Source: Batkoa obscura (Eukaryota). From it: 64,000 nucleotides of DNA. Under the pieces are notes generated by a model that saw only the letters and a program-made list of their open reading frames with translations, did no database searches and was not told where the DNA came from. How positions within the stretch are numbered: position 1 is the first letter of the stretch; every line of letters begins with the position of its first letter. Where the stretch lies: contig JASVEC010000017.1 in assembly GCA_030770535.1 (NCBI GenBank), forward strand, positions 930,001 through 994,000. Reading direction: 5' to 3'. Below are positions 49,402 through 62,376 of the stretch, in pieces. The position numbers and the translations under genes are program-made.

Positions 49402-50442
49402 ATGAGCCATGATAGTATTAAAAACGTTAGTGTTATTGGGGCGGAATTAATCAATTTACCTAGTCAACATATTGAATATATTATTGAAATTAAAACAAAT
49501 GTAAGAAGTTGGAAAGTTAAACGTCGATATTCTGAGTTCTATGAATTAGATTTAAAATTAAAAAAGATCAAATCACCATTACCAGAACAATTACCAGGAA
49601 AAAGTTCTTGGTTTACATGTATTAGTTTTGCAGACCCTGCTTTTGTAGAAGATCGTCAAATTGGTATTGAAGTTTATTTAAGAGGCATTCTATTATGTAG
49701 TAATCCAGCTTGGAGAGAATCTAATCTATTTAATGAGTTTTTATTAGTACCTATTTCAAAAAATAATAATAATTTAGATAATAACATATCTCCAGAAGGT
49801 TGGTTAAAAGAGTTAAAGAATACACAAAATATAGCTATTGAAATCAGAAGTATAATTACAAAAAGAGAACAATGTTTTAATGATAAAGATTTAAGTTTAG
49901 CTCATCAATTAACAGCTCAAGCTAGAAAATTATGTATGACTCTAACAGCTAATATTAATGAATTGGATAAAACTCTAACTCAAAGTAAAACTCAGTTAAC
50001 TCCTGGTGAAGAATTAAGAAGAAGAGATATTTTATCGAAATTAGAAGATGAAAAATCAATGTTAAATAAATTAATACAACGTACTTCAGTTAGAGAAAAC
50101 TCTGATCCAACTAGTGGTAGAAGTTCAGTACAAAGTGATAGGGGAGAATTATTTAATAAGCCAATATCTAAAAGAAAATTTGGTAAGAATATAATGGAAA
50201 CTAAAGAAACTAAAGCATTAGATAATGAAGGATTATTACAATTACAAAAAAATAAAATGGAAGAACAAAATTTATATTTAGATCAATTTTCAGATATTTT
50301 AAAAAGACAACATAAAATTGGTAGTGAAATTGGAAATGAATTAGAATATCATAATCAATTATTAAATCAAGTGGATCAAGATTTAAATAATACCGATCAA
50401 AAATTAAAGAAGACTTCTAGTAATGTTAGAAAAATTAATTAA
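49402..50442 (+). CDS. VAM7: Vacuolar SNARE with PX and t-SNARE domains, intronless
   Basis: PX: WKVKRRYSEFYEL...LPGK; Vam7-type ETKETKALDNEGLLQLQ...EQNLYLDQFSDILKRQHKIGSEIGNELEYHNQLL; no TM anchor. Confidence 0.9.
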   Translation: MSHDSIKNVSVIGAELINLPSQHIEYIIEIKTNVRSWKVKRRYSEFYELDLKLKKIKSPLPEQLPGKSSWFTCISFADPAFVEDRQIGIEVYLRGILLCSNPAWRESNLFNEFLLVPISKNNNNLDNNISPEGWLKELKNTQNIAIEIRSIITKREQCFNDKDLSLAHQLTAQARKLCMTLTANINELDKTLTQSKTQLTPGEELRRRDILSKLEDEKSMLNKLIQRTSVRENSDPTSGRSSVQSDRGELFNKPISKRKFGKNIMETKETKALDNEGLLQLQKNKMEEQNLYLDQFSDILKRQHKIGSEIGNELEYHNQLLNQVDQDLNNTDQKLKKTSSNVRKIN

Positions 50443-50886
50443 ATGTTATATAATTTAATTTATTTACCTAATGTAATATTCAAATTAATCTTTTTTTATC
50501 TTTATTATTTAAATTAAATAAATTAAATAAATTAAATAATTTAGCTTTATATTACTATAGAATTATTAATCTTATAATTAATTTGAAATGAAAGTACTAA
50601 TTATTTACTAACAATTAATTTAGATATTTTTTATGTAGACACTTTATTAGAATAAAGTAGTAATGAATTATTAAAATGTAGATAAAATATAAACTATAAA
50701 AATAAATATGAATATTAGAATCATGATTGAATAATACTAATAACAAACAAACTCTTATTCTTTGATTTACTAATATTTTAAAAAAATTAAGTATAAATCA
50801 ATAATCCTACATCTAAATTTATACTAAAAATGTAAATGTTGGATTTTAACTTCAATATTTCTCATATCAAACCTAAATCAATTAAT

Positions 50887-53383
50887 TTAAGATAAAAGCC
50901 TATCTAATTCATCATTTAATTTCTGTAATTCTTGTATTGTTGAATGAGTTATTATAGCTTCATTATTATTATTATCTATAATATGATCTAAATAATATTA
51001 GATTTCAATAAAAAACAATATGATATTATAAAATTAAAATACTTACCCTTAACACTAGGTAAAGGATTTAAACCTAAACGTTGTCTTAAAATAGCTAAAT
51101 CCGAATTTAAATTTAACTATTTAGAAAAATTTAAATACATTTTTTCATATATAAAAATATAGTAACTTACCCAAGTTTGATTAAACAATGTAATATTCTT
51201 ATTGTCATTGTTGATATCTTCTTCATCTTGCTTTTTTTGTAAATATTGAAATTTTTTTAATTGATTAACGTAATCATGTGATTCTTCCATTTTCTAATAA
51301 AATTAAAATTAAAATTAAAATTAAACTAAATAATAAATTATTAAATTGATATTCATTTACCAATTGATTTATTTGAGATTGATGATGTAATTCTAATGTT
51401 TTATTAATTTCATTATTTATATTACAAGATTTTTGTCTTAAATTTAATAATTCTTGTCTTAATTCATTTTGTTCTTTTCGAATTATTGTTAATTCTTTTG
51501 TTAATGTAGAATATTCCATTTGTTGTTGTTCCATTTCAATTATTCCACTTTCAAATGCTCCTTTAAATAAATTGATATCTTTTATTAAACCAGAACTAAA
51601 ATTATTTTCCATACTAAAATAATAAATATTAATAAATAAAGAATGTTTAATGTAAATATATTATGTTAATTACCAATATTGATTAATAACTTGTAACAAT
51701 TCATGACTTACAATATTTGCTTGAGATTTTGATGAAGATGATTTATTTTTTAAAGGAATAGTTACATCTTTTAAACTATCTTTAATCCTTTTTGATAATA
51801 ATTCTTTTTGTTTTATTATGTCTCCTCTTTCTTTTAATTTAATTACTTCTGTCTTTGATGGTTTAATAACCTTTATAGGTTGCTTATTTATTATTGATAA
51901 TCTACCTTGACTACTATCTGTTTGTATATTATTATCATTATTATTGTCTTCATAAAATGAGTTATTTTCTTCTGATGATGATATGATTTTATTTTTCCAA
52001 TTATCATTATCTATTTTTTCTTTTGAAGATTTAATTTCAAATGATCGATCTTTATTATTTATTATTAAATTATTTTTATTAATAATATTATCTACTTTCT
52101 TTGTTATATGTAAACTGTCTTTAATTTCGTTATCTTTATTCTTCTCTTTGATATTTTTTTGATTTATTTGTTGTCTTTTATTTGAATTGGAACTTGAACT
52201 AAATTCATCTTTTTCTTCATCAATTCTTTTAGAATTTTGAAATTTTGGTGGATTTAATTTAACTGGATAATTCTTTTTATTATTAAATTGATTGTTGAAT
52301 TCCATTTGATCTTTAGATATTTCATTGTCTTCAGATCGATGTTTGGATATGCTTAATCTTATTTTTTCTTCTTCATCCGAATCAATTTCCCATGGAGATA
52401 TTGATTTTTCGGACATTTTATATAGTGCTTTATCCAATTCTTCTATTATATTATAACAAGTGAGTAAATATCATTAATGTGAATTCTATTTTACCTTTTG
52501 ATATATTACTTATATCCATTATTTCATTATTGTTAATTACTACATCTTCTTCAACTATATTACTCATTTCCTATTAATAATAATATAAATATTAAATAAT
52601 AATGTAGATCTTATTCTAATTTACTTTTTTATGCTCATTATTAACATTATCAAAAAATTCATCTAAATCCGCTGGTACGGTACTTGAACCATGCTTTAAT
52701 AAAACATCAATATCTCATTTTAATTAAGAACTAAATTTGATTTACTTCTGAATTCCTCAATTCCACACTACTCATACTTTTAATTATTTCATTTAATTCA
52801 TTATAACTATTTTCCTTATTGTTTTTTGAAGTATTGGAAATTATATATTTTAGAGTATCATGATTCATATAAGAAATAGAAGATACTGATATATCATTAT
52901 TATGTTCTAAATTTCTTTTTAAAATTCCACTGGCATTTAATGAATTATCCGTTAAGCTAATAGAATTATCTAAATAATAAAATTTAAACCAATTTTATCT
53001 AAAATTCAATTGCAATCACCTTTTCTTGTACTTAAATTTAAACTGTCTCTTTTATCTTCTGTAAATGATACTTCTTTCGTTCTTCTTCTTGCATTTAAAA
53101 TAGCTGTAATAGTCGGACTTAAATTCACTTTTCTGTCTTCTATACTCTCATTTTTCTCCATCCCCTCATCTACTTTTTCCAAAACAGTATCCTGTTGTGA
53201 TAATTGAGGTAATATAAATTTAGCATCCGTATTTGTGGATTCTTGACCATCAACAGCTAAAATTTTATTTGTTGTGGAATTATCTAATACTTCATTTTGA
53301 ATTTCGGCTGCTTCAAAAGGATTAATAGCAGCTGCACCACGTAATCGCTTTTTTCTTTTGTTTTGATAACGATCTAAGTCCAT
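50887..53383 (-). CDS. Multi-exon low-complexity protein with a C-terminal coiled coil; possible kinetochore CENP-U/Ame1
   Basis: ORFs 53006-53383, 51670-52437 and 51274-51612 are linked by short GT-AG introns, ending ...LNDELDRLLS* at 50887. N-terminal RKKRLRGA and coiled coil LTKELTIIRKEQNELRQELLNLRQK. The gene is well supported; the family call is weak. Confidence 0.6.
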
Positions 53384-53516
53384 TTCTTAATTGTTATTAA
53401 ATTACTGTTGATAGTTATGGTTACCTAATACCATTTTATTTTTAAAAAGTTAGAAATTGAATAAAAAGTGAATTTTTTTTATTGAATTTGTTCAAAAATA
53501 AATTGATTAAAAAGTG

Positions 53517-53557
53517 AACATTGGAAATTGATCAAATTAAACATTGGAAATTGATCA
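53517..53557. repeat. Perfect 18-bp direct repeat (AACATTGGAAATTGATCA x2), each copy containing a CCAAT box
   Basis: Copies at 53517-53534 and 53540-53557, ~135-175 bp upstream of the ATG at 53383. Confidence 0.8.
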
Positions 53558-55315
53558 TTTTTTTAAGATCAATTAGAGGAAAACTTGAAGAAAATTGAAA
53601 TTACTCAATTTTATTAATAGCAATAGTTATAAAACAAAAGTTAAATAAACGTTAATAAATCCAATGACATCGTTTAGCCCATTTTCTTAAGCTTTAAAAC
53701 CCACCATTTGGCTCACAATGATCGCTTCATCCTATTTTTCTTAATTTTCTCTCTTTAAATAAAGAAACCTTTAAAGACTTTAAAATAAAGTATTTACAAC
53801 ATTTCTTCAAGCCTTAAAGAGATGCAAATATAATAGATAAAATCTATTACTTTACAAAAATATATTATTATTGCATTATCTCTAAAGCACTCTCTATTTA
53901 TTTTCTTTATATTGACAACTAATGTATTTAGAATATTTGTTTTTTCAGAAAAAAACTTAACGGATTAATAGCTCTAATGTTAGCAAAACAATTATTATAT
54001 TCTCTTAAAAACAAATAAAATAAATATTGATTAACATAAGAATAACTTTATACTCTTTTAAGATTTTTTTTAAAAAAAACTATTTTAATAACATCAACTT
54101 TCAAATGATTTATTATTACAAGAAATGTAAATTAAGCTTAAAAAATGTGGGGTAATTTATGGTGACTTATGAAATTGGGAGCTATGAAAAGATCTTATTA
54201 AAAATTGCTAAAATTTTAAAGGTTTCTTTACCAGCATCTGTTTTCGATAAATTTTGTTCAATAAGTTTCTATTCAATTTTAAATAAAGTTTTATATAGTT
54301 GAATTATTGAAATTTCAAAATTAAAAGAAATGGTCAAACTATCAGTTAATAATTTAGTATAATGTAAGTTGCCCAAAGCTCAGTTATTAAGTTTTTTTAT
54401 AATTTTTATACTAATTTAAAAGTAAACAATATTCAAAAAAGTAATATTTTAATATACATAAAAATAAAAGGGTAATATTATCAGTTTCTAGATTTTAATA
54501 TATTTACATTAAGACTATAGTTAGCTTAATACATGCTTAAAAAGTAGTTTAAAACTTAACATATTTACACCTGTCCAACTATATATGAAACAAATTAAAT
54601 TTAAATAAAAACTTTATAAAATAATTAGGCTTTTTTGTTTTAAAATAGACTTTAAAATAAGATTTAAAAATCCAAAAATAATCAATTAAATATTATATTC
54701 ATTTGAAAATTTTGAGTTAAAAAGTACTTTAAAAATAATAATTTCAATATACTCTTTTATTTTAATAATATTTTAATACCTTTTTATTTACCTCATATTC
54801 TAAAGATAGTGTCAACAATAAAACCGGGTAACTGAAGGGGATTATCTTTTATTTTATTAAAAAAATTAAGTGGTGGATGTGTGTAATTGAATTTATCAAA
54901 GCAAATATAACTATTTCAATTCTATTGCAACTTAATTTGCAATAGTTTTTAGAGCTAGTCATTCGTCTCTCAATTTATATCGTTAATTTACTCGTTTTCC
55001 TAATTTTAGCGAAATGCTATTCTTAAATGAGCAACTATCTAAATTTAAATGGAGATGTAGCAGCCTTAAAACCAATTGCATAAAAAAATTAGCAGAACAA
55101 ATGACTAATTTAGCTTTTATGCTTAATAAATCTCGTTCACTAGGAGAATGACTAAAAATGGATTGCTCCAATGAGGAAGAAGTTGAGATACTGGGATCAG
55201 AATAAAATTAGTTGCAAAAATAAAAGGTTCTAAATTTTAATTTTAATTTGATTTTTTAAATTTTTTTTAAAAAGGAAGAGAGAACATTAATACTACTAAT
55301 ATTAATTCTACAATA

Positions 55316-56497
55316 ATGAGTGATAAAATTAAACAATTCAAAGATATAGAACTTGAAGTTAAAAGCAAAAGCGTTAATGAGTTATGTTTATTTAATAATA
55401 ATGACAAAGGTAATAAAGAAAATGATAGTAATAAATTGAACTTGAAAAAGACAAAAAGTAAGGATGATTTACAGGTAAATATTGAAGTATTGAATTAATA
55501 ATAATCAAACAAAACTAATTTAATATTATTATAGGTGGAATTTAACTTTAAAAAAACGGAACCAATAGTACATAAAAAAGAAGTCAAATTAGAAACAAGA
55601 TTAACAACAAGTAGTTCAATAACTTGTGTCAATACTATACCAATAACAAATTATGCCAAAAATGAACTTCCATTGCCACCCGAAATCTTAGAAAATATAT
55701 TTATTTATTTAATATCAACACCGTATCATTTAGCCAAAAGTAGTTTAGTATGTAAATATTGGTATTCTTTAGCCACGCCTTTACTTTATAAAAAACCAAA
55801 ATTTAAAGATTTAAATTCACTCCATTTACTTTCTACCTCCTTAAAGTCTACAAGTAATTTTAAATTAGTGAGTATATTAGATCTTACTCAATTGGATGAA
55901 ATGCATCGAAATAATCCCATATTAAGCCAACATTTAGCGAATTTAATCCCTTTATTAGGTAGTGAATTAAAACATTTAGATTTAGGATTTTGTAAAGGAT
56001 TAAAAAATTATGATTTACAACGAGTATTACCTTACTTGTTAAAACTTCAATATCTCAATTTAGCAGGTGGTAATCGTAGTGATATTGTATTAACTAAATT
56101 AGTTAAACATTGTAAATTATTAAAAAAATTATCCTTGTCTTGGAATTCTCAATTAACTGATTTTGGTTTTATTGAATTAGCTAAAAATTGTCAGCAATTA
56201 ATTTATTTAGATTTAACTAATTGTGCTCAAATTTCCGATTATTCGGTTGTGGCTATTGCTAATCATTGTAATCAGCTGGAAGTATTGTCTTTATCATATT
56301 GCCAATGTATTACGGATACTTCTTTATTCTATATATTAGCTAATTGTAACAAGTTAAAAGTATTAAATGTATTGGGCTGTTCAGGTGTATCAAGTAAGTT
56401 TGCGATCAAAGTTAAGTTATTATATCCTGAATTACATTTAAATTTACCTGGACTATTGCCTTTTTATTTTAAATCCATTCAACAATTTACAATTTGA
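55316..56497 (+). CDS. F-box / cysteine-containing LRR protein (FBXL/Grr1-like), 2 exons
   Basis: Intron 55475-55534; F-box LPPEILENIFIYL...LVCKYW...ATPLLY; LRR_CC repeats LDLGFC, LDLTNCAQISD, LSLSYCQCITD. Confidence 0.9.
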
Positions 56498-56638
56498 GTT
56501 GTTCTATAGGACAAGACATTACGGTGGGTTACTGAGTTCTTTTTTTCATTTCTATACTTTTCTATTCTATTTTCAAATTTCTCTCTTTTTAGTAATAAAT
56601 TATTTTAATTTTAAATTGATTATAGAATTATAATACAT

Positions 56639-56737
56639 GTGGGTGTTTTTTTTAGCTTCATCACTTTCTCCATCTTTTAAGTGCTACTTGAGTGGAAAAA
56701 TTGTTAATAAAATTCTTAAACACAAAATAACACACTC
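56639..56737 (+). mobile_element. ~98-bp MITE, copy 12
   Basis: GTGGGTGT...ACACACTC flanked by a non-palindromic direct duplication ACAT/ACAT; between convergent genes. Confidence 0.88.
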
Positions 56738-56781
56738 ACATATATGAGAAATTTGGATTTATTAATATGATAATTTAAACT

Positions 56782-59012
56782 TTATTTATTTATTAAAGTT
56801 AATAATTTATGGTAATTATTATAAAGTTCTAAAGATTAATAGTAGTCCAATTAATAAATTGTTATTTCAAATATTAAATTTTAATTACCTTCCAATTCTA
56901 AAATGGACAGCTCTTTAAATGATTTATTATATGATTGAAATTGGACTATTTCACTTGATAAACTAACAAACTTTATAAAAAATTTCTTTTAATTAAAACT
57001 AAATTAGAACTTACTCACTGTTTATATTATTTGTATTATTTATATTATTATTATCTTCAATCGTTGGTTTGTTTAATTCCTTTGAAATTGTTAAATTCGT
57101 ATTATTGTTATTATTATTATTTGTTGTCTCTGTTGTTATTGTTATTGTTGTTGGATACCAAAATTTACTGAAAGTTCTAATATAAAAAAACAATTAATAA
57201 CAACATCTATAATATTAATTTTAAAACAGTATTTACTTATCAACTACATTAACAAGTGCTTTAACTCCTTCCCCTGTTAGTTCCATTGGTATACCTGATA
57301 ATGTTTTTAAAGAAGATAACATTGAATTATCCATAGTTTTGTTATCACTAAATTTATTAAATTATAATAAATTAATAATAAATTAATGAAATTTACTTCT
57401 CAATAGTATTATTCTCTTTCGCTAAAGATTCAATATACGTAATTGAAGCTAATATATTAGTTAAACAATAAGTAGCTATTCCATCTAAATTAGGATGAAA
57501 TCTAAATAATGAAAATATAAATCAATAAAATATACATTACTGTTGTTAAAGTAATATTCTTACCTTTGTATAAATCTAATATTTGATATCAAATGTATTT
57601 CTTCTTTTAAATATGTTAATGAGTAAATAATTTTTGGTAAAATCATATCCATAGATGAGTTATTTGATAATTTATTATTAAAATTAATTAATAATTTTAA
57701 CTTTGAGCTGGTTGTTCTTAATAGTGTTATTGTGGTTAATTCAGTTATTAAATCTTTAAGAAGATTATCTTCTATTTCTGTGTTACAATTTGTTTTCAAT
57801 TTTGTTAAAATTATCTTATCTTTTTTTATAACAGCCAATTGTTGTTGGAATTGTGAATCTAATAAAATATCACCACTGTCATCTGGTTGAAATAATCTTA
57901 TTAAATATCAAAATTAATTTAATACAAAATAGAAATGAATATATATTAATATTACTTATTATAATAATTATTACATAAATAAACTTCCAATTCATGAAAT
58001 AGATTTTTGGAAGATAACGGATTATTGTTAAATAAACTATATAACTGATCATAATAATTATGTAATTGATGTATTAATTCGGTTAATTTAATATTTTCTT
58101 TTTTAAATAATTCATTTAATCTAATGATATAATAAGTATAAAATATAAAATATAAAATATAAAATATAGGTAAAATAGTAGTAATAATAATATATTATCA
58201 CTATAAATATAAACTTACTTTTCCCCATAATCTAAAGTTAATTGATATTGTTCATTAGCTAATTTTAATGGATTGTAAAATATAAACACATCATTAATAG
58301 TATTCAATATAGGTGGCCATGGTTCAATAATAGTTAATAAATTATTAACTATTATTATATTACATGTTATATTATCAAATAATACTTGTTCAAATTTATC
58401 TATAATTTCTATGCCTTTAAAACTAATTAAATGAGTTGAGTAATGTTAGTATTATCTCTAAAGACAAAAGATAGAAAAGCTTTGACTTACTCTAATTTAT
58501 CATTCATAAAGTAAGGTACAATTTCTTTGCTAGATAATTTATCGCTTTTTATTGTAAATAGTTTGGTACTATTTATTAAATAAATACTAAATAAACTAAA
58601 ATAAATATAATAAATAATAACTTACTCATTAATAAACATAGTTAAAAAAGAAAGTGAAGTAAATGGAGTTAACTTAATAAAATCGGTAGTTAATAAAATA
58701 TAATCTTCGATGGTATTTCTTTGTAATAAAGTATCATAATCACATATTGGTAGAATCAAAGAAGCCTAAATAAATTTTAATTGTATTTTATAAAATATTT
58801 ATAATAACATTTTAACTTACTTTTTTTAACTTTAATAAATGTAAAATATCTTTACTAAAAACTTCACTTTCTTTTTTTATCCATTCAATGATTTTATTAC
58901 CAAAACTAGTTGAGTTTAAATGTTTAATTGCTATCATTGATTCCTTTATTTCATCTTCTTTTTGTTCTAATGGATGAATAACCGATTTTCTTTGAGATGG
59001 AGTTTTTTTCAT
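56782..59012 (-). CDS. VPS9-domain Rab5-family GEF, multi-exon
   Basis: ELTTITLLRTTSSKLKLL, SMDMILPKIIYSL (SAD.LLP motif), HLISNIRFIQRF, IATYCLTNILASITYIE; last exons give FKELSILELEELYNNYHKLL...*. Confidence 0.8.
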
Positions 59013-59207
59013 TATTAAATAAATTCAAGTTGAAAATTGTTTTTAATTATTTTTTTATTTTAAACCTCATAACTTAATGTTGAATTTTATTCTATAAAAA
59101 AGCCACCAAAAAAATTCATTTCAACGCATCAGATTATTTCAATAAAAAGTAAAACAAAATTCAACGAACTTCAACTAAAAATTGGATAAAAATCGAATTA
59201 AAAAAAG

Positions 59208-60915
59208 ATGCAACCCAGTGATCGAGGCTTCCCTCGGTTATTAGCTTTGTTTTATTGTGAATTTCACCCAATCCAAGGTCCCAAAGTAGTATACGAAATC
59301 CCAGAAAACAGCATTTCTGGAGCTTCCAAATTATTTGATTTTGAGTTAATCTCAGATTATATTATCCCCAAAAGTGAATTAAATGAACATTTGATAACAG
59401 TGAATTGTTCCAATTATAAAATTATAGGGTATCCAATAACAATTAAACATAGGAAATATGAAAGAAATGCATTGATGTTTAATTTATGTTGGGTATTTAA
59501 TGGAAAAGATGAAGTTAAAAGTTTTGAACCTATTATTGGTAAGATGGGATTGGTATTAAAAGGGTTGGAAGTAAGTTAAAGAAAGAGAGTGTGGAAAAGT
59601 AGATTTGAATTTAAATAGTTTGCTTTTTAGATAGAAGAAGAAGTACTGTCCGACTTGAAAAAAAAACATGCACTATTGCCAGCACTAGAACATATCTTAG
59701 AAGATTTAAATAGTATGTGTGAAAGTAGAATTACTTTATGTAAGTTTACTATTATTATTATTGTTATCATTATTATTTATTTGTATTCTTTAGTTACTAT
59801 GGGTATAATCAATTTAAAATTATTTCCAAGTTATAATAAACCAAAAACATTTAAAATGTGTGATGTACCTTCTCCATTAGCCGATTTAAATCAATTAGCG
59901 GATGATACTTGGGATATTTCAATTAAGAAAGTAAGTTATTATTATTACTGTTATTATTATGCATTTATTTCTTATTGATATATTAGATATTACCATTTAT
60001 TAATGGTATTAATCATGTTAAAAAAATTACATTATTATGTGATACGGAACCTTTATTAGTCATGAAATCATTGGAACATTTAATGTAAGTAGAATATTTT
60101 ATTTATTTCTATTTATTTATTTGTTTATTTGTTTTATTAGTTATTATGGTTGTATTATTATGATTGATATATTTCAAGTAATCAATGTTTAATATTTTAT
60201 ATATTATTATAATAAGATAAAATGGAATGTAGATGAATTATTAAACTATTTTTTTATTAATAGTACTCTAATCGATATTCTGTTAATCCAAATTTAAAAA
60301 ATTTAATTGAAGATATTTATTTACAAAAAGAATGTATTAAATATGTGGCTGGAATGAGTAATAATATTATTAATTCTATTAGTAGTATAATGATATTAAT
60401 AACTTATATTCATTTTTTAATTTAGATTTAGATTTACCTACACCCAATTTTAGTAAATTATTATCTTTATATTGTGCTTTAAGACCTGGAGAAACATTAT
60501 TACAATGGATTCAAATTAATCAAGTAGAATGTTTAAATTTAGATGTTAGGTAAATATTTGTATTATATAATAATAGTAATAATAATTAATATATTTTACA
60601 CAACTAGACGATTTATAACCTTTGGTATAATTAATAAGTTAATTTATCGAATACATAAATTTCCTATATTACAACAAGAATCAAAATTTATATTACCAAA
60701 TAATATTAAAAAGTAAGTTTAATAACATATATATCAAACAATTTAATATATGATAATAATATTATTATTAATATTATTAATATTAATTATATTTATTTAG
60801 ATATCTTAATGGAAAACATCATTATGATGAAATCTGCACCGAATTTAATTATTCTCCCGTAGAAATGGATAAATTATTAATGAATGAACCCAATGTTAAG
60901 TTTATTTATAAATAA
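59208..60915 (+). CDS. NPR2: Nitrogen permease regulator 2 (GATOR1/SEACIT subunit), multi-exon
   Basis: FYCEFHPIQGPKVVYEIP, FELISDYIIPK, KYERNALMFNLC, INLKLFP, ILPFINGINHVKKI, DVRRFITFGII, LNGKHHYDEIC. Confidence 0.95.
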
Positions 60916-60984
60916 AGAATAAAACAATAAATAAGTAAATAAAATAAAAACATAATAATAATAATGAAATAAATTCATACTACT

Positions 60985-62376
60985 TTAATCCTCCATCTCG
61001 TTGTCTTTCTTCTTTTTCTTATCTTTATCATTACCATCATAATCCTTTAATAACCCCATAGCTTCTTGTACTTTTGGATCTTCAATATCAACACCTGGTA
61101 AATCTTTAATGTCATCAAGTTCAGCACCACCACCACTAGGTTGATTATCTCCCTATATAAAAAATTAATATCAAATATTTATAAGATAAACTATAAAATT
61201 AAACTTACTTCTTCCATCATTTGTAAGGACATAGCTAATGCTTGTTTAAGTTCTGCTTCTTCATCGTATTCCATAAACTAATTATATTGTTTAATAAAAA
61301 AATAATTCACTTTTTTTTTAAATATTCTTTTTATCTTACTTCTTCTTGAGGAGCTGAAGTAGATTGAGTTGGTGCTTCTTTACTTTCTTCTGATTTGTTT
61401 GGATTATTAGCATTTAGACTTTCTTGTCTTGCTCTTTCTTCTTCAAGTGAAATACGAAGGGCCTATAATAAAACATTTAATTAATATCATTATTATTACA
61501 CTAAGTTATTTTAATCTTATCAAAAAGCTTACCATTGCTAATTCTGGATCAACACTTGGATCCACACCAAATTCAAAGTTATCATTACTAGATCTAACAA
61601 CACCTGATCCATCTTCTGGAATAATAGGAGAAGCAAGTACTGCATCGGATAAAAGTTCAGCTCCAGGGTAAACAGTTAATAAATTACTATAAAAAATAAA
61701 AATTTGATCAGTGCTCTTTTTTATCCAAAAACCATATATCTTTTTACCTATTAGCAGATGAATTAACCGCTTCAATAAAAGCTTGTAATTTAGGAGTATT
61801 GTTATCAACTTCCCCAAAATTAATAACATCTACGGCCACGTTATTTTTTTTTAATTTTTTACCAAGTTTAACCAATTCTTTTTCATTTTCATAAATAGGA
61901 CTACCAGTAAATACCACAATCCTTTGTCTTTGATTTTTATTTTGTCGATGTTTTAAAGCCAATTGAGCCACTTGTACACCAGTTGTAAAATTAGCTTGCC
62001 CACCTAACTTCATTCGATGAACAGCTGATAATACTTTTCCTAACTCAGTCGTAAGAGTAACTAATACTTCTGGGCTATTGGAAGTAATAATAAATTGTTT
62101 TTTAATATAGAATATAGAAATCAATTATGTTTTTCTTACCCTTTATTAGCCATTGATAATACCCCAACAGTATTTTCTGGATTTGAGCCTGTTTTACTAC
62201 GAAATAATATGTTTAAAGTATCAGCTTGTGCTTCTAAACGAGTTGGTGTAAAGTCCCCATTCCTCATCCATTCGGAGTTATCTAACCTTTTTTTATTTAA
62301 AAAAATATGATTAATAACTTATCTTTTATGTTACTATTTATTCTATTTACACTATCATGGTTGCTTCTAAGACCAT
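60985..62376 (-). CDS. RPN10: 26S proteasome ubiquitin receptor Rpn10 (vWA + UIM), multi-exon
   Basis: [77 protein letters not shown]. Confidence 0.97.

Noticed and set aside
53674..54155. Imperfect ~22-bp inverted match (TTAGCCCCATTTTCTTAAGCTT vs AAGCTTAAAAAATGTGGGGTAA) as TIRs of a second MITE
   Set aside because: Gapped, AT-rich match with no TSD and no second copy in the window.
54983..55171. 62-aa minus-strand ORF upstream of the F-box gene
   Set aside because: Non-ATG start, no motifs, and located in a probable promoter/5' UTR.
1845..56737. Dispersed ~98-bp repeats as a CRISPR array or prokaryotic REP elements
   Set aside because: Eukaryotic context, kb-scale irregular spacing, both orientations, TSDs present and no cas genes; MITE fits better.
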